A DNA stretch of 64,000 bases. Origin: the human T2T-CHM13v2.0 reference genome, Homo sapiens. The notes beneath the pieces are model-generated. The model was not told the origin of the DNA, ran no database searches, and was given only the letters and a program-made list of their open reading frames with translations. Shown piece by piece: positions 13,701-23,925 of this stretch; position 1 is the first letter of the stretch; every line of letters starts with the position of its first letter. The position numbers and the translations under genes were made by a program. The stretch is taken from NCBI RefSeq assembly GCF_009914755.1, contig NC_060930.1; one strand, 5' to 3'.

Positions 13701-15367
13701 TGACAACAAAAACAGGAGTCATAGTAATGTTTACTAATATTTCAATAATCTCAGCACTGGCCTTTCCCAGGACTCCTAGGCAACTGACTTAGGTATGTTG
13801 AAACTTACAGGCATTTGACATGTAATCTTGTGGCTAAAGAGTTTCTGTTTAATCTTCCTCTAAGTGTAAAAGACAATTCAGAAGTCCTGAAGTCTAGTCG
13901 TAACATTTTTGACAAAGTGTCACTTCTGTTTACCAAACCCTCTTAAAACGAAATCCGCAAGGAAAAATATTGCCTTTGGCGGTTCCCACCAGGTACATTT
14001 TTTTATACTTATTTTCACATGAATTTATTTGTGCACTGAAAAATATATGTTCACATTTTACTGCAAGTAAAGCATTTTTCTATATGTTGCAAAATAGAAT
14101 CCAGGACCTCCAAGGCATTGTGTAATATTGACATCCTTGCTTCCCATCTATTTACCACCTTATAAAAGTTGAGTAGCTAGAAGAAATAATAGCTCATTTT
14201 AACTACAGCAGTGCTTCATCTGACCAGGCCACAATGAATTTACCAACCACATAAACTCACAAAACGGTAAAAACTCATAAACCCCCTGGGAATAGAGTTG
14301 AGTAGCTCTCTCAATCCTAGCCCTGGGGGAAAAAATTTACCAGTTTAGCTTTGTTGGCCATAAAATTGTAAACTGACTGGCAGTCACAACTAAATCAAGA
14401 CATAATTCTCAATTATCTTTTCTTTCAAATACCAGGGTTATGAAAATACTCCCCCCCGCCCGCCCTCTGCCCCACTTAGTTGGATTGCCTGAGCAGCACA
14501 GAGCTTCAGCAACTAAAGCAACTTTTCCTTTTTTCCTTTTTGCCATAATATTATTTCTCTTTGCTTAGCCAGCTTCATCAGTGGTGCCCTAATGCAAAGA
14601 CTAGAATACTGCTTTCTAACTGCTCACTAAATTACATCCTAAAATAAAGTACATGTTTATTGTCCAAAAGCACCATGCACTATCAGTCCTCTAGCTATAG
14701 GCCTCTATCGTTTCTCGCTTAGCTAAGGAAAAAAAAATCCTTTTAACTTACTACCAAAGATCATTCAAATCACAGCCAATAGATCCAAATTAAGAATGAA
14801 TACATTCAGAATGTCTGCCTACTGTCAGTACCAGTTTTTGTTATGATGGCTGTCAAGTTTTAAAATGTGACAATGGGAATATATTTTCTGAATAAGTTAT
14901 TCCCCTGAGTAAACCCTTTAGAAATCCAGCCATCGCTATGGGCAATGGAGGTTCCAAATGATGAACGCTCTTCACACTTGAAAGGGTTAAGTGACTGACT
15001 GCAAGGCCAAAGGCACCAGACTGCAAAAGAAATGTTGCTTTAGTGAGCTCTGAAAGGTTTCTAACAAGTACCAAATACTTGTTGATCTGTTCACAATAAA
15101 CACCAGCAGGATTGTCAGGCTCCTTTCACTGTCTGGGGAGATGCATTTACATACTGCACCTAGGAAGAACAGCTTGTTGGTCTCCTTTATAAAAGTTGAG
15201 TAGCTAGAAGCCTCATTCAGTGTCTCCCATCCAAATGACTGAAAGAAGATGCAATTGAAATAGTGGAGTCTCTCGTCTGGCTTGGGCAGCATAAATGCTG
15301 TGCATAAAACACTTGGAGTAGTTCAGGCACAAGACAAACCCACCTGAATGGACGAGGAACACTGTCT

Positions 15368-15381
15368 GTTGCCATGGCAGC
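15368..15381. promoter_or_regulatory. RFX X-box-like site in intron 1
   Basis: GTTGCCATGGCAGC, a 13/14 match to the palindrome GTTGCCATGGCAAC. Confidence 0.5.
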
Positions 15382-16225
15382 CTGATCTAATTACATGAGT
15401 GATCAGGACTGGAGTAAGTGCACCGAAAACCTACACCACTGACAGGCAGCCAGGAGGTTCAGGGGAGCCCTTCAACCTCTGCTTTATGTAGAAGATGGCA
15501 TTCAAGTCCATTTATTTGCGGAGCTGCTAAAATATTGACTGATGCATGCACAGTGAGAGGGCAATCAGAGGAGATTAAATGCCACAGCGCTAGCCGTTAT
15601 GGTGCAATCCCTTTCCAAGAGTTCCTGTGCAGGATTTTCTCTTCTCTCTGGTGGTTTCCTCAGACATAAGCTTCACTCCAAAAAAAGCTCAAGTATCAAA
15701 CTACCTTTACCCATCAAATAAACCGAAGGGTGGGCTTAAGGGGGGCTTCTAGGAACTGCAGCCTCCTAAAAAACCCAAACAGAAATGTCTCAGCTAACAC
15801 TGTTGAAAAAGTAACTAGCTGTGCCTAAAAATAACCAAGTAACTACCCACTGCTGTGTGCAATATATAACAATGATGTTTAAATATTAAAAACAGCCTGC
15901 ATTATAAAACACAAATGTCATTGAGATGTGACTACTAGATTGCCAAAGGAGAACTTATTTGCATACACACATTCCCGTGCATGCACGACAGGATGTGCAG
16001 GGAGAAAGCCACTGTAAGGCATTAGTTTTTATTCTGTGGGTGTAATAGGGTCTTCTAATTTTGCTAATTGTATCCTGTGGATCTCGCAGGGAAGCTAAGA
16101 ATCTCTTCGGGGACAGAACCAGTTTGGAGGAGTCCCTACTGCACAGCATACGGTAAACAAAATAAAAATAGCTTGCCTTTCTTGTTAGCCACATCGCGCA
16201 TTATATAACCAGCTTCTTCCGACTG

Positions 16226-16253
16226 TTTTTTTTTTTTTTTTTTTTTTTTTTTT
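16226..16253. repeat. T28 homopolymer
   Basis: Read directly from the sequence. Confidence 0.95.
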
Positions 16254-17752
16254 GCCCTTACTACTCTTCAGCAATTTCCCTCTTCTCAAATATTTATATT
16301 ACCCTTTTATCTGTAGGATTATATACCAAGAAAGCAAAACAAAACAGAGCAGCCACGGGCTCGAACCGAATCCCCGCCGTCCTTAGAAACGGATTTTTTT
16401 TTGTTTTGTTTTGTTTTCTGGCAGAGTCTCGATCACCACCCTACTTCCACCCCCACTAAGGTTCTTGCTCAATCTCCCTAGAAAACCTGAATTGTTTCAT
16501 CCCTTTCAGTCAGCCCCCTACGTGGTCTGAAACAAAATGAAAGCACAAGCCACGGAGTTTAAGAAGGCAGCCTGAAGGCGGGGGGCTGAAGAGGGGTCGG
16601 GGCGCTGCAGAGTCAGCCAAGTAGCCAAGGAAGGGCCCCCTCCGCGTCGCGACGGCCCTCGCCCCCCGCCCGGCGCGCGCGCGCACAAATACACACACAC
16701 AGTCACTCACACACTCACTCACACTCACGCCGCGCTCCGACACCGCCTCACCTCTCGCTCCGCCCGTCCGGCCCCCTTCCCTGCCCCCTGCGGGACCGGC
16801 CTGCGCGCAGCACTGGAACCACGTAGGAGGAGGCGGCGGCGCCCCCGGGAGTGGCAGAGTCTCCGGCCCGGCCCAGAGTGAACGAGCAGTGGGGCTCCAG
16901 GGCGCATCCCAATCCCCGCAGCGCCTCCTCCGCGGCGGCCGCCGCCTCCTCCTCCTTCCCCTCCTCCTGGCTTCATTCACCCTCCCAGCAGCCGCGCAGC
17001 CGTTCACTCCCGGCTCAGGGCAGCGCCTGCCGCGGCTCCTCGTCTCCTGCCGCGGGTGCTGGCGGGGGCGCCGGCCCGGACTGGGGCGCTCGCGGGCTCC
17101 CGGCTCCGGGCGGCGGCTGCCGCTGCACATGATCAGGAAGCGGCCGCACCAACAGGGCGGCGGTGGCGGCGGCGGCCAGGGCCGTCACCGCCACTCCAGC
17201 CGCGCTCCAGGCACCCGCACACCCGCTACCCCCGCGCGGTCCCCGAGGCCACCCCTCTGCGCCCCCCGCCCGGCACCCGGCCGCGCGCAAAGTCCCGTCC
17301 CGGCTGCAGGAGCAGTCCCTTCCCCGCCCGCAGCCGCACACCCGGCGAGGCCGGCCCTCCGAGGGGAGACCCCCGCCCCAGGGCGCCGAGGCCGGGCGAC
17401 CACCCGCGGAGAAGTCCAGCCCTCCGTGAGACCCCCTCTCTCTCACCGCCCTCTCCGGGGAGGAGGAATGGGAAGAGGGCGGCCGGGAAAGGGACCACCC
17501 CCCAACCCCAGCCGCTGCCTCCCCCCTGCGCCACCCGGAGGGAGGAGGACATGGCTCTCCGCACTCGCGACCGGACCAGCAGCCGGGGGAGCGGGGCGCC
17601 GCCGCCGCTCTCCCCGCCCGCGCCCCCCGCCCGGGCGCGCCCCCTAGCCCGGCGGGCGCCCACCCAGCCCCTGACAGCCCCCCCGCCGGCCGCCCCTGCG
17701 CCCAGAGTGGGGGTGTCGGCCCGGGAGCCTGGAGCCGGGGACGGTTGTATGT

Positions 17753-17793
17753 ACACACATACACACACACACACACACACACGCACACACACA
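17753..17793. repeat. Imperfect (CA)~20 microsatellite
   Basis: Read directly from the sequence. Confidence 0.95.
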
Positions 17794-17992
17794 GAACACG
17801 ACGCGTCGATTTCCTTCGCTCCTCTTCCAGCTGTTTTCCGTGCAGCCGATTGGGGTTTTGGGTTTGTTTGCTGGTTGTTGCTTTTGCCCCTCTCGGGAGA
17901 TCGGGGGAGGAGGGATTTTAATCTAAATAAGGGGAGAAGGGAATGGGGGAGGGGGGAAAGAATCGGAGGAGGAAAAAAAAATAGTCACTTAC

Positions 17993-18185
17993 TGTAAAGT
18001 GTAAATGGATCTGGGGTTGCGTGGGGAAGGGGGGGCAGAGGGAGAGAAACAATGTCTTGCGGCTGCTGTTGCTCTGGCTGCTGCTCCACGGGGCTTGTTT
18101 TGGATCCCCCTGCAGTGAAACAGGTCCTGTACGGCTCCGCCACTGTAGTAGAAATGATGTCTGCGGTATACTCTGCTCTCTCCTC
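17993..18185 (-). other. ATXN1: ATXN1 exon 1 (non-coding; TSS approximate, ~18155-18200)
   Basis: Donor ACA|GTAAGT (acttac on + at 17987-17992). Lies inside the CpG island and matches the recalled start of the mRNA. Confidence 0.9.
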
Positions 18186-18207
18186 CTCCTCCTCCTCCTC
18201 CTCCTCC
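18181..18207. repeat. (TCC)9 within a longer pyrimidine tract at the TSS, followed by (GCTC)n at ~18282-18301
   Basis: Read directly from the sequence. Confidence 0.95.
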
Positions 18208-18325
18208 CCCTCCTCCCGCTCCCCTCCCCTCCCTCCTCCCTCCGCCCGCCCGCCCTCCCTCCCTCCCTCGCGCTCTCTCGCGCTCGCTCGCTCGCTCGCT
18301 CCAGTATGTAAATGTGTAATAGAAG

Positions 18326-18335
18326 CCAAATATGG
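18326..18335. promoter_or_regulatory. CArG box (SRF site) CCAAATATGG
   Basis: Perfect CC(A/T)6GG about 140 bp upstream of exon 1. Confidence 0.6.
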
Positions 18336-21300
18336 AGCAGTTGGCTGCCGCCGCCGCAGCTCAAGGATCCGACTTCATGGGGGTGGGGGGCACCCTCTGG
18401 CGGGCGGCCCGGCGAGCCGCACAGAGCACGGCGAGCGCACCGCGCGGCGGCCGGCCCGCGCCCTTAACCCTTCGCTGCGCGCCGCCCGGGGAGGCGGGCA
18501 CCTTTCCCAAAGAGTGGCTCGGGATGGGGTGCGGGGGAGGGGAGACGCGGACCGGAGGGCAAGGTTCCTTCCAGGTTTGGGAAGGGGGCGGGGAGCTGGG
18601 CGATGAGGTAATTTGAGCGGTGACGGGTCGGTCCTCGCGCGCCTCCCTGGGTCCCTGCACCTAGTTGGAGGGGACTGAACGACAACGGGGCGCTACTCAG
18701 GCAACCTGGGGGACTCCCCCAAGGGCTGTCAGGCTTCAGCTGGGAGCCGATGCAACACCCCAGCGGGGAGGGGAGGTCGGCCCATTCTAATCCCGACGTG
18801 TCCTTGGTCCCAGGCGCTCGGAGCAGCATCTGAGAGGGCTCACTCTGATCATCAGCTGCACGTTAAGCCACAAACCGGCGTCGCTTCGGCGTTCCGGAAC
18901 CCAGGCCTGGGGGCCGCGGGGATTGCCTCTGCGTGCAACTCCGGAAAGTTTCAAGGGGTCCCCCGACTGCACAGGTACCCTCACCTTTCCTGCCGGCGAA
19001 CGCTGGCGACCGCCCGACCCTGCCCTCTTTCTCTCTTCGCACGCAGGTCCGGAAATCGGCTTTGATATGGAACTACTCCGCTCTAGCCTGGAAAGGAGAC
19101 CCGCGCACTCCTCTCGCAGCTAATTTCGGATCATTAATTTAATCGGAAATGAGGTAACCAGTGTAGGAGACAGAGAAAGCAACCGGAGCATCAAATGGCA
19201 GTTCTCGAGAATCGACGAGGAACTTAAATCTGGACTCAGGGTTTCAGTGCGGTCTCCGACTCCCACCACCCCGCCCCTCCGCCTGTCTCGCCGCCAGGTG
19301 TGACCTCCACGCGAAGGAATCTTCTTCGGATGGGTGCACCTTGCCAACAGGTGTGGCACCTGGAGGACTAGGAGGCGCCTCCAGACTAAGGGCGCTCAGT
19401 GCGGCGTTCTTGTTGCAGATGATTCTGGAAGGCCGGTAGGTGTCGGGCGACATTTGACCTTCTTCAGGTGCTTAGAACTAAGTGTCTGGAAACATGATCC
19501 TTTCGCGTAAGTTTCTTTCTGAAAGCCACCAATCTTGACTGTAAGCTGTATTTGAGAGATCTTTTGGCTGAGTTTACTTATGACCTAACGGTTAGTCACC
19601 AACTGAGGCAGGGCACAGGATGACCAAAAAAAAAGTGTCAGTTTTTACACAACTCTGGCCTGCAAGAGCCTACGTGCTTCATAAATAAAAATAAACATAC
19701 GAGCGAGGAAGGTGCAGAGCCCCGGAAATATTTTTTTCTCACATTTTTGAAATACCATGCACATATATGTGGCTATTTAAGTATAACTACTAGTGTTCAC
19801 TCTTACTCATTTCTACAACTTTTTTTTTTCCATTTAAAAATCGATTATTGTTACGGTTTAAACCTCGGGTTGGTCTAAAGTGACATTGTTGGTCTCATTA
19901 CAGCCTCTAGTGGACAGTTAACATCAGTTTCCTGAAAAGGCTCTGACTGGTTTTGTTTTCGTTGACAAGCTTTGTCAAGGTGAAGGTTAGTACGTAAGAG
20001 CATAACCGGGTAAAATGTCCCCTCACCCCTATCCTCACCCCCGCCCCCAACACCCTGCTTGGCAAAGACGACTTCAGAAAGGAGCAGAAGCTTGTTGGCT
20101 TTGTATAGAAAAGACGTATGCTTTGTGCTGCAGGTATTATTATTACTGGACTGTGAATAAACAGAAAGCTTCTGCTATTCATTTCAGTTTCAGACAGCTT
20201 TCATAAAAACTAAATTCATCTCAAATATTTTTATAACAGAAAATATTGGTTGCCATGTTTTTGGCTTAACTGCGATGTTTTTATTCCAACTCATAATCTG
20301 CAAACTGTCCAATCCACCTCCACTCTATTTTTAGACATCTTACATTTAGATAATTTTCAGTTAAAAAAAAGCTAATATTGTAATTTTACGTTGGCACAAG
20401 CAGTTAATTTACGTGATTTTAACAACCTTAAATTAAAACACATAATTCAGATTACAGTTAGTCAATTAATTTAAATGTTCTCTCAAGGAAGCTAAATATG
20501 TATATTACCCAAATGGTAAAAACAATTAATAAGAAATGTGTCATTTACTTTCTTAGCCATTAAGTTTAAAGCCATAAACTGCCACCAAAATCTGTAACTA
20601 TTTCTTCCTGCAAGATCCAACATAAACACCATACTCATGAAACTGTCTCATTACCTTTAGTACTGAAATATTTTGTTTTCAGATGGCAAAATATTAAGTG
20701 TACAATCACAAATAACAGGCACTGATTCTTTAGAAACAAGACTTTCTCGTGCAAATAAAAACTCAATGAAAAAGGGCAGAGCTTCCAAGAAGCTAGTAGA
20801 CAAATATATAGTACTATAGTCCTACTCATAAGGCTGGTGTTATGTTTGTAAAAGCATAAGTCAACCTTTGAAATTACAGGAAATCGATAAATAAGGCCTG
20901 ATGAGCTTGACTCGTATCCTGTGTCATAGATTGCTTAAATACCATGAAAAATAATTGTAATCACATATCTATTTTACTGTTTTGGTGGTATCTACTCTTG
21001 AAGGTGTTAAATGGGCCAGCAAGTATATATTATATAATTACATATTACACCCTTACTTAAAGTGTAGTTTTCAAAGTCGCCACAGCAGCACTTGGGAGCT
21101 TTTTAGACATTCAGAGTCAAGGGTTCTACCCCAGACATACCAAATCAGAATCTGCCTTTGAACCAGGCCCCTGGGTGATTTCTAAACACATTATCATGTG
21201 AAGAACACTGGTCTATACCACAGGGATCAACCTAAATAAATTTGGGCACAAGTGCAGAAGTTAATTCCTCTATTTATTTCTTTTTTGCTCCTTTTTAGTA

Positions 21301-21735
21301 AGTACAGCCCTTATTAATTTGTGCTTTTCAATGAAAAATTATTATGTTATATGCTTTGGATAAATACTACTGCACTGTAAGTGCACACATCTGCATCATT
21401 ATTGCCAAAAAAGAATGCTCTGCTGAGGAATGTACTGGGGTCTTGAACATGAACATTTTCTTCATGGCAGCAGAGGGAGCACAAGAGTGCTTAATAAAAC
21501 CAGTGCACAGGTCTCTCCAAATCATGACAGATTTTACATTGTAGTATATGTTTTCATTGGAAGTAGCCTGTTATGTAGTTCAAAATGAAGCAAATCAACT
21601 GAGCAAACACAGATAGGCTTACCAGGTCATAACAACTATGTAACTGAACAGATTGAAAGTTGAATAAAATAAAGATAAACTTCTTTAGAGTTTTAGGCTT
21701 GAATTCTTAAAAGAAAGTGGACCTCAAAAGTGAAA

Positions 21736-21846
21736 AAGATGCCTTAGCTTTGCTCAAAAACAAAGATAACACAACACAGAATCAGGCAACCCTAAGATGC
21801 CTTAGCTTTACTCAAAAACAAAGATAACACAGAATCAGGCAACCCT
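21736..21846. repeat. Tandem duplication (58-bp and 53-bp copies)
   Basis: aagatgccttagcttt[g/a]ctcaaaaacaaagataac(acaac)acagaatcaggcaaccct starts at 21736 and again at 21794. Confidence 0.95.
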
Positions 21847-23289
21847 AATAGTAGCTCCTGTTTATCTAAAAACAGAGTCAGTTCACTGGACCCTACATCA
21901 GGTAACTTAATTTCATTTGGTGTCATACATGTTGGTTAAGGTCCATGCGCCTTTTGCTGTGTTTACACTCAGAATAATTTTAGGGGTTTCTCCTTAATGC
22001 TTGCAGTGGTGAGGATTTAGGTTTCAGTTATACCTACGTAGTATTTCATACTTTTCACTACTCTTCCATATTGCATCCTCAAAAACTCCCTTGAAGCAGA
22101 TAACATACTTGGTAAAAGCCAAGTATCCAAAAAGTTATGGAACCACATCGTGCTTTCATAACATTGAGTCATTTAATTGTTTCAGTAGTGCTTTGAGGTA
22201 TTCATAAATGAGGGAAATTATACAGACTAAAGATCCAGAGCATTTTTTACAGTTTTAAAGGTTTTTCAAAGTTATTCTTAGATAATATGTTTATATATTT
22301 ATTATTTATTTACAAGCAGTCACTTACTCTGCATCTACAATAACTAAGACTTGAGAATATAAAATTGAGTAAGACATCTTAGTGTGCAAGGAGATCAGAG
22401 CAGAACAGATCTTACCTTTGGAAAACTGTTAATTTTTACCACGTTGAAACACAAAGATTCATAGTTGATGCGATCCAGCACCTGCCAGAATCATAGCAAT
22501 CAGACTTCCAAATATGAGAATCAAACATTAGAATCATTAAAAATTTGAGAGGCGGGGGGGACAGTTGTACAACTCTTGAGCAAAAGTTGACTTATAAGCT
22601 AATATTAATATTTCAAATTTGTACGACAAACAAATGTGAAGATATAATGTGTATTTTATTTGAATGTCTTCCCTATCACAAAATCACATGAGTAAGTTGA
22701 GTTGGTAAACATTTATTTATTTTTATCTTTTCTAAAATGCTGAAAAGAATTTTTCTCCCACACTAAAGAGGGTTTGCCAAGTTTCTGCCTGGAGCAATTT
22801 GTTATGGCTGTGTAATAAATCCCAGAAAGTTTGAATTTTTAATGGAAACACTGACAGAATAAAGAGGGTGTAATCCTACATATGTCATTTAAAAATCTGA
22901 GCAAACCATAGTGTGCTTGCAAAACAAATATACTTTCCTTAGATTGCACTCACAAATAAGGCTGGGGAGACCACAAAAGTAAAACAAACTCAAAAGTGAA
23001 AAACACTCACACAATAGACTCTGAGGTCAGCTCACCACACCCAGACTAAAGTCACTGGGCTCTGTGCGTGTCACCAAGACTCTTAAAAGACATACTTCTG
23101 AATCATCTTTCTTGACCCTCCACCAAACTGTAGCAAGACAGGCTTCCTGGGAATGAAAATGACATTAGCATTAGTCAAGAGTGAAATTAAAGTCATTGTA
23201 CTCAAACATCTGCCAACAGTCTGTGATTTCATAGTACCCACCTCTGAAATAAGACTCTGTCTACAATTAAAAACAAAGAAAAAAAGGTA

Positions 23290-23925
23290 CTTTAGGTCTT
23301 CACTATCCACTATGTCTACTGAGCACTTGAAATGTGTGATTAGTCCAAATTAACATGTGCTGTAAGTGTGAAATATTCCTCAGATTTTAAAAACTTGGTA
23401 TAAAAAATACATATTTTACATATAATATATATTATTCATTATTCCTATATTATTAATTTTATGTATTATATATACACACATGTAATATCTCCATTTTTAC
23501 ATTGATTAAATGTTGAAAATATTGGGTTATTTTTTAATAGTGTATATTGGGTTAAATAAAATATATTATTAAACTTCATTTTACCTGTTTCTTTTTACTT
23601 TTTTTTTTGAGACAGGGTCTAGGTCTGTCACCCACGCTGCAGTGCAGTGCAGTAGTGCAGTCTCTGCTCACTGCAACCTCCACCTCCTGGGCTCAAGTGA
23701 TCCTCCTACCTCAGCCCCTGAGTAGCTGGGACCACAGGCATGCGCCACTACACCCAGCTAATTTTTGTGTCTTTTGCAGAGACGGAGTTTCACCATGTTA
23801 CCCAGGCTGCTATTGAACTCCTGGGCCTTGGCCTCCCTAAGTGCTGGGATTATAGATGTGAACCACCACGCCCAGCCTCTTTTTACTTTTCTTAATGTGG
23901 CTACTATAAAGTTTCATATCACATG
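23290..23925. mobile_element. MER3/MER33-like hAT-Charlie relic, split by the Alu
   Basis: Motifs ctactgagcacttgaaatgtg, ttaaataaaatatattattaaa and ttaatgtggctact...aaa. Confidence 0.65.
23603..23878 (-). mobile_element. AluJ inserted into a MER3/MER33-like element
   Basis: Alu body; TSD ctttttactttt at 23591 and 23879. Confidence 0.9.

Larger units (their letters stand above)
16350..19460. promoter_or_regulatory. CpG island / ATXN1 promoter, probably bidirectional
   Basis: Very high GC and CpG density, GC boxes and GCC runs, in sharp contrast to the AT-rich flanks. Confidence 0.95.
17830..19700 (+). ncRNA. ATXN1-AS1: Probable divergent/antisense lncRNA from the ATXN1 promoter; boundaries uncertain
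   Basis: Recall of an annotated antisense transcript at this promoter. The + strand is G-rich right of the TSS, has donor-like motifs (GAG|GTAATT ~18608, GAG|GTAACC ~19154) and an AATAAA at ~19684. Exons cannot be determined from sequence. Confidence 0.4.

Noticed and set aside
18058-18087. CAG-rich stretch in exon 1 (GAGCAGCAGCCAGAGCAACAGCAGCCGCAA)
   Set aside because: Short and interrupted; it is not the SCA1 polyglutamine repeat, which lies in the coding exon outside this window.
16510-18829. Long overlapping ORFs (up to 313 aa) on both strands
   Set aside because: Low-complexity Arg/Pro/Gly/Ala translations, as expected from stop-poor CpG-island DNA; no recognisable domain.
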